DNA of 62,000 nt, filler included, from 22 parts of 22 records of this genome joined end to end with filler, not necessarily neighbours in it; one strand, 5' to 3'; positions 1-10,758 are shown, counted from the whole stretch's first letter. Notes: generated by a model from the sequence alone, not told the origin. A program made the numbers and translations.

Positions 1-40
1 TCAACAATTCAACAATTCAACGATTCAACACTTCCACATT
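1..40. repeat. Degenerate 8-bp tandem repeat (TCAACAAT-like x5) downstream of ackA
   Basis: tcaacaat tcaacaat tcaacgat tcaacact tccacatt; an inverted related copy lies at 10843-10870. Confidence 0.85.
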
Positions 41-53
41 TTTCACTTTCGAT

Positions 54-1250
54 TCACTCTTTGAGATTGCCTAACAATTCAAACGATTGTTTTGCAATTT
101 CAATTTCTTCGTTTGTGGGGACTACCAATATTTTTACTGCCGATTTTTCTTTTTGAATTTCTCGAATCTCTTTAGAGCGAATTAAATTTTTAGCAAGGTC
201 TAAATCAATTCCCAATGCCTCTAAATTAGCACAAGACATCTGACGAATTAGGCTTGAGTTTTCTCCAATACCTGCAGTAAATACAAGGGCATCTACACCA
301 TTTAAAACGGCAATATAGGAACCGATGTATTTTTTAATTCGGTAACTGGCAAGTTTTAAAGCATTGCTACATTTTTCGTCTCCTTTGTTAGCCGCATCTT
401 CAATTTCTCTCAAGTCAGAAAAACCAGTTAATCCTTTCATACCAGATTCTTTTTGTAAAATCTGGTTGATTTCATGGGTAGATTTGTTAAATTTATCTTT
501 CAAATATAAAACTACAGAGGGGTCAATATCTCCAGAACGTGTGCCCATAATCAAACCGTTCATAGGACCAAAACCTAAGGAGTTTTCAATACTTTTTCCA
601 TTTTTGATGGCAGAAATACTACAACCATTTCCTAAGTGAATGATAAGCATACGTTTGCATTTATCACCTAAATAAGCAATTGTTTTTTCAGAAACATATT
701 TATGACTTGTTCCATGAAAACCATAGGCTCTAATGTTATGATCGTCTAAATATTTATTTGGAATGGCATATTGATAAGCTTCTTTAGGCATTGTTTGATG
801 AAATGCTGTATCAAAAATAGCAATCTGTTTTGCAGAAGTAAAAATAGTTTCTGCAATTTCAATTCCAACCAAGTTTGCAGGATTGTGCAAAGGTGCCAAA
901 TCAAATAAATCTCTGATACTCTCTTTTACTTCTTTTGTAACTAATACCGTTTTTTTGAACTTGTTACCTCCATGAACGACTCTATGTCCAACAGCATCAA
1001 TTTCATCGATACTTTTAAGCTCCCCTTTTATAGGGTGCATTAGTGTTGCTTCTATTTTATGTAAGCCTTGCTCGTGATTTTTTATAGCGAGTGTTTCAAG
1101 GTATTTTACCCCTTCTTTTTCATGCGTGAAAAGGGCATCTTCCATTCCAATACGCTCCACAATTCCCCTACATTTTACAATTTGTGAAGGCATTTCAATC
1201 AATTGGTATTTTATAGAAGAGGATCCTGCGTTTAAAACGAATATATTCAT
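54..1250 (-). CDS. ackA: Acetate kinase
   Basis: N-terminal VLNAGSSSIKY, GHRVVHGG, APLHNP, FDTAFH, YGFHGTSH, HLGNG, FTAGIGEN, PTNEE motifs; 1 nt downstream of pta. Confidence 0.97.
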   Translation of the reverse strand: MNIFVLNAGSSSIKYQLIEMPSQIVKCRGIVERIGMEDALFTHEKEGVKYLETLAIKNHEQGLHKIEATLMHPIKGELKSIDEIDAVGHRVVHGGNKFKKTVLVTKEVKESIRDLFDLAPLHNPANLVGIEIAETIFTSAKQIAIFDTAFHQTMPKEAYQYAIPNKYLDDHNIRAYGFHGTSHKYVSEKTIAYLGDKCKRMLIIHLGNGCSISAIKNGKSIENSLGFGPMNGLIMGTRSGDIDPSVVLYLKDKFNKSTHEINQILQKESGMKGLTGFSDLREIEDAANKGDEKCSNALKLASYRIKKYIGSYIAVLNGVDALVFTAGIGENSSLIRQMSCANLEALGIDLDLAKNLIRSKEIREIQKEKSAVKILVVPTNEEIEIAKQSFELLGNLKE

Positions 1251-1251
1251 G

Positions 1252-3345
1252 TTAATTCTGATGTGCTTGTATCGCGGTTAGTAAAATAGTATTGAAGATA
1301 TCTTCTACAGTACAGCCTCTACTTAAATCGTTTACAGGTTTATTTAAGCCTTGTAACATAGGTCCTATTGCCAAAGCACCCGTTTCTCTTTGAATGGCTT
1401 TATAGGTATTGTTACCCGTATTCAAATCTGGGAAAATTAATACAGAAGCCTGACCCGCAACTTTTGAATCTGGCAATTTGGATCTACCTATATTTTGATC
1501 TACTGCGGCATCATATTGAATAGGGCCTTCAATTTTTAATTGAGGATATTTTTTAAGGACAATTTCTGTGGCTTTTCTCACTTTTTCTACTTCTTCACCT
1601 TTTCCAGAACTGCCAGAAGAGTAAGATAACATGGCAATCTTAGCTTCAATTCCAAATGCCTCAGCAGAAAGGGCAGAAGAAATAGCAATTTCTGCGAGCT
1701 GTTCCGCAGTTGGATTTGGGTTTACAGCACAATCACCCATAACGGATACTCTATCGGATAAGCACATAAAAAATACCGAAGAAACAATAGAAACACCCGA
1801 TTTTGTTTTAATCAATTGTAAAGCAGGTTTGATGGTCTGTTGTGTTGTATGAGTTGCTCCAGAAACCATTCCGTCAGCCAATCCATTTAAAACCATTAAA
1901 GTTCCGTAATAGGAGGCATCTTTTACGAAGTCTTTGGCCATGGTTTCCGTCATACTTTTGTGTTTACGAGCGGTTACTAAAGTTTTTATAAAAGATTCTT
2001 TATGAATCGAGTCTTCTGGATTTAAGATGTTAATTTTATCCAAATCTATTTGCAATCCAAATTGATCACATTTTAATTGGATTACGTTCTTATCTCCTAA
2101 AAGCGTCAAATCAACAAGATCTAACAATTGTAAACGAGAAGCCGCCCGGAGAATTCTTTCCTCTGTTCCTTCAGGTAAGACAATATGTTTTCTATGTTGT
2201 TTTACTTTCTGTAAAAGAGTGTTTTGAAACATTCTAGGTGTCATTCTATCAGAACTATAGGATGTCAAAGTATTGGTAATGGCTTCCGCATTTACATAAG
2301 AATCAAAAGTGTCTAAAGAAAGGATTATTTTTTTACGGTTCGTTGCGTAAATTTTAGATTTTACAGCACCAATCATATTAGTAGCTTTAAAAGTTCCACC
2401 CTTTACAGAAATAATAGGCACCGTAGATTGTACACCTTCCATGAGACTCAATATGGATGCTTCGGGCAAAAGACTCCCTGTCAATATAATTCCAGCAATT
2501 TTAGGATAGTTCTTAGAGGCATTTGCCTGCAAAGCTCCTAAAATGATATCTGCCCTATCGCCTGGAGTTACGACCAAAGCGTTTTTCTTAATTCTTGTCA
2601 AATAGTTTCTAAGTTGCATTGCACCTGTGCTATAACTACCAATGGTATTGTCTAAAAATTGTTCTCCAAAGAGGACTTTTCCCTTCAAAGTTTCTGTAAT
2701 TTCTTTAACCGTTGGGTTTGCTAGATATTCAATTTTAGGGATTACATCAATTTGAACATTCTTAGGAATTCCTTTTTCCAATTCCTTTTTGATAATAGAA
2801 CTATTATTTAGAACCACCTTGTTAGCAATCAATCCAATGACATCAACTTCTTTTTCTTTAAAAGATTTAAAGGCGAGTTGCATATGATGTACAAAATCAG
2901 CCGTGTTTTTATCTTTTCCAGAACTTACTAACAAGACAGGGATTCCCAGATTTTTAGCAATCTCTAAATTTATATCCAATTCGAGAATAGCTCCTTCTTC
3001 AGAAAAATCAGTCCCTTCTACAAGTACATAATCAAATCTAGCTTCTATTTTTTTGTATTTCTCGATAATATTATGAATAACTTCATCTATTTTACCTTCA
3101 CTCAAAAGGGATACAACTTCCCTTTGTTTATAGGCATAACATTCAGAATGTTTTAAATCTAGATGAAAGAAATTGAGAGCGGTATCCGTATGGATATCGT
3201 AATTGTTTTTACCCGTTTCATGGATGATCGGTCTAAAATACCCCACTTTTGTAGATTTGGTTAACATCATTCTTAGAAGTCCTAAGGATACTAACGATTT
3301 GCCACTATGAGATTCTATAGTAGCGATATAAATAGCTTTGCTCAT
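1252..3345 (-). CDS. pta: Phosphate acetyltransferase, long form (AAA-like N-terminus + DRTGG + PTA domain)
   Basis: SGKSLVSLG, TPGDRADI, IVLPEG, DCAVNPNP, EGPIQYDAA, FPDLNTGNNTYK, PVNDLSRG. Confidence 0.97.
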   Translation of the reverse strand: MSKAIYIATIESHSGKSLVSLGLLRMMLTKSTKVGYFRPIIHETGKNNYDIHTDTALNFFHLDLKHSECYAYKQREVVSLLSEGKIDEVIHNIIEKYKKIEARFDYVLVEGTDFSEEGAILELDINLEIAKNLGIPVLLVSSGKDKNTADFVHHMQLAFKSFKEKEVDVIGLIANKVVLNNSSIIKKELEKGIPKNVQIDVIPKIEYLANPTVKEITETLKGKVLFGEQFLDNTIGSYSTGAMQLRNYLTRIKKNALVVTPGDRADIILGALQANASKNYPKIAGIILTGSLLPEASILSLMEGVQSTVPIISVKGGTFKATNMIGAVKSKIYATNRKKIILSLDTFDSYVNAEAITNTLTSYSSDRMTPRMFQNTLLQKVKQHRKHIVLPEGTEERILRAASRLQLLDLVDLTLLGDKNVIQLKCDQFGLQIDLDKINILNPEDSIHKESFIKTLVTARKHKSMTETMAKDFVKDASYYGTLMVLNGLADGMVSGATHTTQQTIKPALQLIKTKSGVSIVSSVFFMCLSDRVSVMGDCAVNPNPTAEQLAEIAISSALSAEAFGIEAKIAMLSYSSGSSGKGEEVEKVRKATEIVLKKYPQLKIEGPIQYDAAVDQNIGRSKLPDSKVAGQASVLIFPDLNTGNNTYKAIQRETGALAIGPMLQGLNKPVNDLSRGCTVEDIFNTILLTAIQAHQN

Positions 3346-3364
3346 TAATTGTATAATTGTACAA

Positions 3365-3372
3365 CAAAATTA
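3365..3372 (-). promoter_or_regulatory. Bacteroidetes sigma70 -7 box (TAATTTTG) for pta-ackA
   Basis: Matches the TAnnTTTG consensus ~20 nt upstream of the pta start. Confidence 0.55.
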
Positions 3373-3379
3373 CGATATA

Positions 3380-3409
3380 TATACTCCACCCAGTTAGAAA
3401 CCCGAATTT
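3380..3409. repeat. Left arm of palindromic TATACTCC element, cut by contig end
   Basis: tatactccacccagttagaaacccgaattt; matches copies at 3510, 5932, 7963, 56378. Confidence 0.85.
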
Positions 3410-3509
3410 NNNNNNNNNNNNNNNNNNNNNNNNNNNNNNNNNNNNNNNNNNNNTTAATTAATTAANNNNNNNNNNNNNNNNNNNNNNNNNNNNNNNNNNN
3501 NNNNNNNNN

Positions 3510-3562
3510 CTGCCCAGTTAGAAACCCCAAAATTTTGGGATTTCTAAGCGGGGCGGAGTATA
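3510..3562. repeat. Near-complete palindromic TATACTCC...GGAGTATA element (ERIC/MITE-like)
   Basis: ctgcccagttagaaacccc-aaaatttt-gggatttctaagcggggcggagtata folds as an imperfect hairpin. Confidence 0.85.
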
Positions 3563-3598
3563 ATTCAAAAATCACTTTAATAATTCATAAATAATCCC

Positions 3599-3606
3599 TA
3601 ATTTTG
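3599..3606 (+). promoter_or_regulatory. Bacteroidetes -7 box (TAATTTTG) before bamD
   Basis: TAnnTTTG match immediately upstream of the ORF. Confidence 0.45.
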
Positions 3607-3610
3607 CAAA

Positions 3611-4411
3611 ATGCTTAAAGTGAAAAAATTTGCGGTTCTATTTTTGGCGATTGCTTTAACGTCTTGTAGTTCCTACAATAAAGTGCTTAGTAAAGGAACT
3701 GCTGCTGAGAAATACAAAATGGCTACAGAATTGTATGAAGCCAAAATATTTAAGAAAGCCCTTCGTTTATTTGAACAAGTTATGCCTTTCTATAAAGGAA
3801 AACCTCAAATGGAGCGTATCCAATATATGATCTCACAATCGTATTTTAATACCAAAGATTATTTCAGTGCGGCTTATTATTTTGAACGTTTTGTAGCCAA
3901 TTATCCTAAAAGTTCTAAAAAAGAAGCCGCAGAATTTACGGCAGCAAAAAGTCATTTTTTAGCTTCTCCAAAATACAGTTTAGATCAAACAGAAACAAAA
4001 GAGGCATTGGCATCTTTTCAAAAATATATCAATGCATACCCAGATTCTAAACGATTGGCAGATGCCAATAAAATGGTAAAGCAATTAGAACATAAACTAG
4101 AAACCAAAGCATTTGAAATTGCAAAGCAGTATTATAAAATTGGACGTTACAACGCGGCAATTATTTCCTTTGATAACTTGACTTCAGCGTTTTTAGGAAC
4201 AAGTTACCGGGAAGTTGCCTTTTACTATAAATTAAAAGCAACCTATGAATTGGGGATGCGAAGTACTTCTCAAAAAAAAACAATCCGTTTAGAAACAGCT
4301 GTGAAAGCTTACGAAAAATTGAAGAAAAATTACCCTACTTCTAAATATTTAGAAGCCGCAGATAAGTTGTTGAAAGAGATCAGGCAAGAACAAAAAATAG
4401 GAAATAGTTAA
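3611..4411 (+). CDS. bamD: Outer membrane protein assembly lipoprotein BamD
   Basis: Lipobox LTSC, TPR-like helices, YPxS motifs, LDQTET; bamD-rpoZ-coaBC synteny typical of Bacteroidetes. Confidence 0.9.
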   Translation: MLKVKKFAVLFLAIALTSCSSYNKVLSKGTAAEKYKMATELYEAKIFKKALRLFEQVMPFYKGKPQMERIQYMISQSYFNTKDYFSAAYYFERFVANYPKSSKKEAAEFTAAKSHFLASPKYSLDQTETKEALASFQKYINAYPDSKRLADANKMVKQLEHKLETKAFEIAKQYYKIGRYNAAIISFDNLTSAFLGTSYREVAFYYKLKATYELGMRSTSQKKTIRLETAVKAYEKLKKNYPTSKYLEAADKLLKEIRQEQKIGNS

Positions 4412-4426
4412 TAAAATTAGTCAAAG

Positions 4427-4753
4427 ATGGATTATAAAAACACAAATGCACCAGATACTACTGTAACGTATGACAAAACCAAAGTAGAAGCCCCTACAGG
4501 AAATATCTATGAAGCAATCTCTATCATCGCTAAAAGAGCAAATCAAATCAATGGAGATTTGAAAAAGGAATTGATAGAAAAATTAGATGAATTTGCAACC
4601 TATAATGATAGCTTAGACGAAGTTTTTGAAAATAAAGAACAAATAGAAGTCTCTAAATTCTATGAAAAATTACCAAAAGCACATGCCATGGCTGTAGAAG
4701 AATGGTTACATGATAAAGTATATCATAGAGATTCAGAACAAAAAGATTTATAA
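4427..4753 (+). CDS. rpoZ: RNA polymerase omega subunit (Bacteroidetes type)
   Basis: TGNIYEAISIIAKRANQI and EQIEVSKFYEKLPK; located between bamD and coaBC. Confidence 0.85.
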   Translation: MDYKNTNAPDTTVTYDKTKVEAPTGNIYEAISIIAKRANQINGDLKKELIEKLDEFATYNDSLDEVFENKEQIEVSKFYEKLPKAHAMAVEEWLHDKVYHRDSEQKDL

Positions 4754-4755
4754 GA

Positions 4756-5831
4756 ATGAGTGTTTTAAAAGGCAAAAAAATTCTTTTAGGGATCACCGCA
4801 GGAATTGCCGCCTATAAAACAGCTCATTTGGTACGATTGTTTATAAAAGCGGGAGCAGAGGTTCAAGTTATCATGACTCCCGCTTCTAAAGATTTTATAA
4901 CTCCGCTTACACTTTCAACGCTTTCCAAAAATCCCGTATATGCTACTTTTTTTGAAAAAGAAAACGAACTTTGGAACAATCATGTTGATTTAGGGCTTTG
5001 GGCAGATTTAATGCTCATTGCCCCAGCTACAGCAAATACCTTGTCGAAAATGACAAATGGCACAGTTGACAATTTATTGTTAGCAACCTATTTATCCGCC
5101 AAATGTCCCGTTTATTTTGCCCCAGCCATGGATTTAGACATGTACAAACAGGCTTCTACAAATAAAAATATTTCAACCCTACAAAGTTTTGGAAATTTAT
5201 TGATTCCTGTAACTCGTGGAGAATTGGCTAGTGGTTTAGTTGGAGAGGGACGTATGGCAGAGCCAGAAGAAATTCTTGATTTTATAGAAAAAGAAATCAC
5301 AAGTCAACTTCCTTTAAAAGGTAAAAAAGTTTTGATTACAGCAGGTCCCACTTATGAAGCGATAGACCCCGTACGCTTTATTGGAAATCATTCCTCAGGT
5401 AAGATGGGTTTTGAATTGGCAAAAACAGCGGCAAACTTAGGAGCTGAAGTTTTCTTGATTACGGGACCTTCACACCAATCCATTAAACATTCCTTTGTAA
5501 AGAAAATGGAGGTGCTTAGTGCCGCAGAAATGTATACGGCTGTTCATCAATATTATAATACCGTAGACATTGCTATTGCGGCGGCGGCTGTGGCAGATTA
5601 TACACCTGTAGTTGCCGAGACAAAAAAAATCAAGAAAAAGGAGGGATTTTTAGAAATCGCTCTAAAGCCAACAAAAGATATTTTAGCTTCGATGGGAGCT
5701 TTAAAAAAACAACAATTTTTGGTCGGATTTGCATTGGAAACCAATAATAAATTGGAAAATGCCAAGGAAAAATTAAAGGCTAAGAATTTAGACATGATTG
5801 TATTAAATTCTTTACAAAATAAAGGGGCTGG
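4756..5831 (+). CDS. coaBC: Phosphopantothenoylcysteine decarboxylase/ligase, 3' truncated by contig end
   Basis: GIAAYK, APATANT, PAMD, GRMAEP, TAGPTYEAIDPVRFIGNHSSGKMG, AAVADY, VGFALET. Confidence 0.95.
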
Positions 5832-5931
5832 NNNNNNNNNNNNNNNNNNNNNNNNNNNNNNNNNNNNNNNNNNNNTTAATTAATTAANNNNNNNNNNNNN
5901 NNNNNNNNNNNNNNNNNNNNNNNNNNNNNNN

Positions 5932-5957
5932 TCGGGTTTCTAACCAGGCGGAGTATA
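5932..5957. repeat. Right arm of palindromic TATACTCC element, overlapping the last codons of the DUF349 gene
   Basis: tcgggtttctaaccaggcggagtata; read on the minus strand it gives TAT ACT CCG CCT GGT TAG (YTPPG*). Confidence 0.85.
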
Positions 5958-7925
5958 ACTCAAACTTTTTAAATACGTCAATTTTTGTTTCCATATTGCC
6001 AAATCTTTTCCTTGTTTTTTAATTGAATTTCGAACATTCTTTACCAAAGGATTATCTTCAGTGGCATTTGTTATAAAGCTTATATTGTTTTCTAATTGTT
6101 GAATTTCTTTAGATAGTTCCTCAATTTTTTTTCTTACAAACTGAAGTTCCCCATCAATTTTATGAGTATTATTAGAAGATGCCTTCGCATCTATAGACAT
6201 TTTATACTTTAGCATTAAAAGATCTTCTCCTTTTATAGAAAGCTGATCAAACAACTGCTCGATAACTTTGTTAAAGTCACCTTCAATACTTTTATCTTTT
6301 CTAGGAACTCTTCCAATATTTTTCCAAGTATTTACATAGGCTTTTACCTCTTCTAAAGTAATTTCAGTATTTCCTAAAACGCCATTTATCTGAGAAAGAA
6401 ATTCTTTTTTAGTAGCCAAAGCCTCTATTTCATCTTTTGACCCATGATCTTGTATTTGATGAACCCTATCAAAATAATGATTACAGACCTCTTTGAATTC
6501 TTTCCAAATTTTATCAGATTTTTTTTTAGGTACATGTCCTATTTTTTTCCAATCTGCTTGTATTTTTTTCATTTTCCCTGTAACAACGGTGAAATCTTCA
6601 CTATCTTTTAAAGATACCGCTAAAGCAACCAAAGCTAATTTTTGTTTTAAATTTTGTTGTTGTATAGAACTTAAATCTTTGTAGAATACGTTTTTTTTGT
6701 GGTTAAATTCTTTTGTAGCTACTTTTAACTTATTCCAAATCTGTTGACTTTTATGATGGGACACTTTACCGATCTTAAAAAATGCTTCTCGTTTTTCTTC
6801 AAATTCTTTGACGCTCTTTTGCCAATCAGAATGTGTTTTATTTTTAGAAGTATCATACGCTTCTAAAACCGCAATTACCTCTAATTTTAATTGTAGGTTT
6901 TCTTTATATTTAGATTTTTGTTCTTCAAAAAACACCTCTCTTTTGTCGTGTATTTTTTTAGTTGCCGCACTAAATTTTTGCCAAATCTCTTTTCTATATT
7001 CCTTAGAAACAGGTCCAATATCTTCCTTCCATAATTTATGCAATTCTTGTAATTCTTTGAATGCTTTAGAAACGTCTTCTAGTTCACTTAAAACAAGGAC
7101 ACGCTCTACAATCTTTATTTTTTCTTGTAAATTGTGCTTAAAATCTAACTCTCTTAGATCGTTATTCAAATGTAATAAATCATAAAAACGTTCTACATGA
7201 TGGTGGTAGTTTCTCCAAGTGTTGTTATACTTTGTTCTGGGAACGGGACCAATAGATTTCCATTTGTCTTGGAGCTCTTTAAACTCTTTGTACATCGTAG
7301 TAGAATTTGCCTTTTCAATAATCGCTTTTAGTTCTTCTATTACCGCTATACGTTTGTTTAAATTCTCTTTTAGTTGTGAATCCAATTCTGAATAATACTG
7401 GTTTCTTTTTGACTTATACTCTGCCAGTAATTTGTTAAAACGGACTTTTAAAGGGTTTGAAAAATAAAAATCAATAGAGGCTCCTCCTTCAGCTAAAAAA
7501 ATTGCTTTTTTTTCGGCTAATACCCCCTCCCATTTTGTATCAAAAACTTTTTTGAGAGATTCTACGTTGGACTTGATTGCTTGGATTTTCTGATATTTGA
7601 TTAGAACTTCTAGTTCTTTTACAAGACGCTCCATATCCATTGCCTCAAAATCTAGGATCGGAATTATTTCTTTCTCCTCTTCTGCTTCTGTAGCCACTTG
7701 TTCTTCAATGGCTTCTATCACTTTAGCTGTTGCGGTCCCTTCTGCCTCAATTTCTATCGCTTCTTTTGAAGAAGTTTCTGCTTCAATTATAGCTCCCTTT
7801 TTTGAAGGTTTTTTCGCTTCAATTTCAGAAATTTTCTCAGAAGGCTCTGCAACTTTTTTTTCTACGGATTTAGGAATTTTAGTTTCCTTTAAATCTTGAG
7901 AATCTTCATATATAGCGTTTAACAT
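5940..7925 (-). CDS. DUF349-repeat coiled-coil protein
   Basis: Repeated W-K-x-I-G-x-V-P...W motifs (WKSIGPVP, WKEDIGPV, WKKIGHVP, WKNIGRVP); acidic N-terminus. Confidence 0.85.
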   Translation of the reverse strand: MLNAIYEDSQDLKETKIPKSVEKKVAEPSEKISEIEAKKPSKKGAIIEAETSSKEAIEIEAEGTATAKVIEAIEEQVATEAEEEKEIIPILDFEAMDMERLVKELEVLIKYQKIQAIKSNVESLKKVFDTKWEGVLAEKKAIFLAEGGASIDFYFSNPLKVRFNKLLAEYKSKRNQYYSELDSQLKENLNKRIAVIEELKAIIEKANSTTMYKEFKELQDKWKSIGPVPRTKYNNTWRNYHHHVERFYDLLHLNNDLRELDFKHNLQEKIKIVERVLVLSELEDVSKAFKELQELHKLWKEDIGPVSKEYRKEIWQKFSAATKKIHDKREVFFEEQKSKYKENLQLKLEVIAVLEAYDTSKNKTHSDWQKSVKEFEEKREAFFKIGKVSHHKSQQIWNKLKVATKEFNHKKNVFYKDLSSIQQQNLKQKLALVALAVSLKDSEDFTVVTGKMKKIQADWKKIGHVPKKKSDKIWKEFKEVCNHYFDRVHQIQDHGSKDEIEALATKKEFLSQINGVLGNTEITLEEVKAYVNTWKNIGRVPRKDKSIEGDFNKVIEQLFDQLSIKGEDLLMLKYKMSIDAKASSNNTHKIDGELQFVRKKIEELSKEIQQLENNISFITNATEDNPLVKNVRNSIKKQGKDLAIWKQKLTYLKSLSYTPPG

Positions 7926-7937
7926 CTTATTGTGTTT

Positions 7938-7992
7938 AAGGTTTCTAAGTAAACAGAGTAGTTATACTCCGCTCGGTTAGAAACCCGAATTT
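7938..7992. repeat. Degenerate right arm followed by intact left arm of the TATACTCC element
   Basis: aaggtttctaagtaaacagagtag then tatactccgctcggttagaaacccgaattt (7963-7992) at the contig end. Confidence 0.8.
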
Positions 7993-8213
7993 NNNNNNNN
8001 NNNNNNNNNNNNNNNNNNNNNNNNNNNNNNNNNNNNTTAATTAATTAANNNNNNNNNNNNNNNNNNNNNNNNNNNNNNNNNNNNNNNNNNNNATGACAAA
8101 AAAACGGTTTCACCGCATCACCACAATCACAAAACACTATTTAGAATCTATATAAATAACAAGCAAAACCTATATAAAACGTTCTATTTGCAATATAGAA
8201 ATTTCAAAATTTT

Positions 8214-8221
8214 TAAATTTG
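8214..8221 (+). promoter_or_regulatory. Bacteroidetes -7 box (TAAATTTG) for the nqr operon
   Basis: TAnnTTTG match ~36 nt before nqrA, with a TTTG at 8187-8190. Confidence 0.5.
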
Positions 8222-8257
8222 CAACGTTTTAAAACAGATTTTATTTAAATTCTATAT

Positions 8258-9613
8258 ATGTCAGAAGACATTCGAATAAAAAAAGGCTTAACCATTAAGC
8301 TTAAAGGTAAAGCAGAAGAGACTATTTCTGCGACTCTTCGTTCAGGAATTTTTGCAATACAACCAAAAGATTTTCATGGTATAACCCCTAAGATGGCTGT
8401 AAAAGTAGGTGCTGAAGTTACAGTGGGGGATGTTTTGTTTTATTCAAAATCAAATGAAAAAATTAAATTTACTTCACCAACGAATGGTATTGTGACAGAG
8501 GTTAAAAGAGGTGCAAAAAGAAAAATTTTAGCGATTGTTATTGAAACGAAAGCTGAAGATAAATTTAAAAATTTTGGAATAGAAGACCTTAAAAATATTT
8601 CTAAAAAGCAAATACTTTCTAAGATTTTAGAAAGTGGATGTTGGGCTTTTATCAATCAACGTCCCTACGACGTGATTGCAAATCCTGATAAAGAAGCGAA
8701 AGCAATTTTCATCTCTTCTTTCGACACAACTCCTTTGGCACCAAATTATGCTTACGCTTTGAAAGAGCAACAAGAAGCCTTTACAACAGGTATAGAGGTG
8801 CTTTCAAAACTAACCAATGGTAAAATTTATTTATCTGTTCACGAAACGATCTCTTTCTTCAATAAAATAAAAAAGGTAACGCTTCTAAAAGTAACGGGTA
8901 AACATCCTGCTGGTAATGTTGGTGTACAAATCTCTAAAGTAGCTCCCATCAATCAAGGAGAAAAAGTTTGGACAGTAAACGCTCAAGATGTTGCCATTAT
9001 CGGAAACCTTTTCTTAACAGGAGAATACAGACCCCACAGAGTCTTGGCTTTAGCAGGTTCTGAGGTAATTGCTCCTCAATATTACAAGGTAACTATTGGT
9101 CAAAGTTTAGAAAATTTCTTGGAAGGAAAAATAAAGACTGACAATACAAGAGTCATTTCTGGGAATGTATTCACAGGAACTAAGGTTTCTGAAAAAGGAG
9201 CTTTCTTAGGTTTTTATGACAATGTGATTTCTGTAATTCCAGAAGGAAATATATATAGACCATTAGGTTGGATTCCTTTTTTAGGAAGTAGAAAAATTCA
9301 CAGTGCTTCTAAAACATCCTTTTCATGGTTCACACCAAATAAAGAATATGTTTTAAATACCAATTTAAATGGTGAAGAACGTGCTTTTGTTGTAACTGGA
9401 GAAATGGAAAAAGTAATGCCTATCGATATTTTTCCAATGCAACTGTTAAAAGCTATTCTGGCGAAAAATATTGAAAAGATGGAAAATTTAGGAATCTATG
9501 AAGTAGCTCCTGAAGATTTCGCTTTGATTGATTATACAAGTTCTTCTAAAATTGAAGCACAACAAATCATCAGAGAAGGTTTAGACTTAATGATAAACGA
9601 AGTAGGATCGTGA
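8258..9613 (+). CDS. nqrA: Na+-translocating NADH:quinone reductase subunit A
   Basis: IRIKKGLTIKLKG, HPAGNVG, RVISGNVFTG, GEERAFV, LGIYEVAPEDFAL. Confidence 0.95.
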   Translation: MSEDIRIKKGLTIKLKGKAEETISATLRSGIFAIQPKDFHGITPKMAVKVGAEVTVGDVLFYSKSNEKIKFTSPTNGIVTEVKRGAKRKILAIVIETKAEDKFKNFGIEDLKNISKKQILSKILESGCWAFINQRPYDVIANPDKEAKAIFISSFDTTPLAPNYAYALKEQQEAFTTGIEVLSKLTNGKIYLSVHETISFFNKIKKVTLLKVTGKHPAGNVGVQISKVAPINQGEKVWTVNAQDVAIIGNLFLTGEYRPHRVLALAGSEVIAPQYYKVTIGQSLENFLEGKIKTDNTRVISGNVFTGTKVSEKGAFLGFYDNVISVIPEGNIYRPLGWIPFLGSRKIHSASKTSFSWFTPNKEYVLNTNLNGEERAFVVTGEMEKVMPIDIFPMQLLKAILAKNIEKMENLGIYEVAPEDFALIDYTSSSKIEAQQIIREGLDLMINEVGS

Positions 9614-10758
9614 AATTTATTAGAAATACATTTGACAAATACAAACCTCTCTTTGAAAAAGGAGGTAAGTTAGAAAAATTAGCACCCGGTTTTAATGCAT
9701 TTGACACCTTGTTATTTGTGCCAAATCATACCACAAAACAGGGAGCACACATTAGAGATGGAGTAGATTTAAAGCGTATCATGATTACGGTTGTACTTGC
9801 ATTAATACCCACTTTAATCTTTGGAATATGGAACATCGGTTACCAACATTTTTCTCAATTAGGAGAAACCAAAACTTTTATAGATCTCTTCATCTATGGG
9901 TCTCTAAAATTCTTACCCATGGTAATCGTTTCCTACGGTGTAGGTTTGGGAATTGAATTTGCTTTCGGAATTTTTAGAGGACATGAAATCAACGAAGGTT
10001 ATTTAGTTTCAGGAATGTTAATTCCTTTAATTATGCCCATCGATATCCCTTTATGGATGTTAGGAACCTCTGTAGCCTTTGCCGTATTAATAGGGAAAGA
10101 AGCTTTTGGAGGAACAGGAATGAATATTTTAAATCCAGCTTTAGTAGCACGTGCTTTTGCTTTCTTCTCCTATGCACCAAGCATGTCTGGAGATAAAGTA
10201 TGGGTTGCCGATGCCTCCACAGTTGACGGAATTTCTGGAGAAACAATTTTAGGTGCTTTAGCCGCAGAAAATAGCACTTCGTATAGTGTATTGGATATGT
10301 TCTTAGGATACCTTCCTGGTTCAGTTGGAGAAACATCGGTACTGATGATTTTGATAGGAGCCGCTTTCTTATTGTTTACAGGAGTTGCCAGTTGGAGAAT
10401 CATGTTATCCTCTGTTATAGGAGCTTCTGTAATGGGCTTGATTTTCAACGCACTTGGAATCAATGCTTTGATGAACTTCCCTTGGTGGCAACATTTATTG
10501 GTGGGTGGTTTTGCTTTTGGAATCGTGTTTATGGCTACAGACCCAGTATCTGCAGCACAAACAGACAAAGGAAAATGGATCTACGGATTTTTAATCGGTT
10601 TCTTAGCAATTATGATTCGTGTTTTCAACGGAGCCTATCCAGAAGGGGTGATGATGGCTATTTTATTAATGAACGTTTTTGCCCCAACGATTGATCATTA
10701 CGTCATAGAAGGAAATATAAAACGACGCAAAAAACGGTGCGATACTCCACCTAAATAG
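9610..10758 (+). CDS. nqrB: Na+-translocating NADH:quinone reductase subunit B
   Basis: HIRDGVDLKR, KEAFGGTGMNILNPAL, GSVGETS, FMATDPVS, YPEGVMMAILLMNVFAP; GTGA overlap with nqrA. Confidence 0.95.
   Translation: MKFIRNTFDKYKPLFEKGGKLEKLAPGFNAFDTLLFVPNHTTKQGAHIRDGVDLKRIMITVVLALIPTLIFGIWNIGYQHFSQLGETKTFIDLFIYGSLKFLPMVIVSYGVGLGIEFAFGIFRGHEINEGYLVSGMLIPLIMPIDIPLWMLGTSVAFAVLIGKEAFGGTGMNILNPALVARAFAFFSYAPSMSGDKVWVADASTVDGISGETILGALAAENSTSYSVLDMFLGYLPGSVGETSVLMILIGAAFLLFTGVASWRIMLSSVIGASVMGLIFNALGINALMNFPWWQHLLVGGFAFGIVFMATDPVSAAQTDKGKWIYGFLIGFLAIMIRVFNGAYPEGVMMAILLMNVFAPTIDHYVIEGNIKRRKKRCDTPPK

Noticed and set aside
3380-3562. Contigs 1 and 2 being truly adjacent through the shared palindrome
   Set aside because: The two copies differ in sequence (ccacccag...cccgaattt vs ctgcccag...ccccaaaatttt), so they are separate copies
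364-10694. Short ORFs antisense to or overlapping ackA, pta, coaBC, DUF349 and nqrAB
   Set aside because: Shadows of well-supported housekeeping genes
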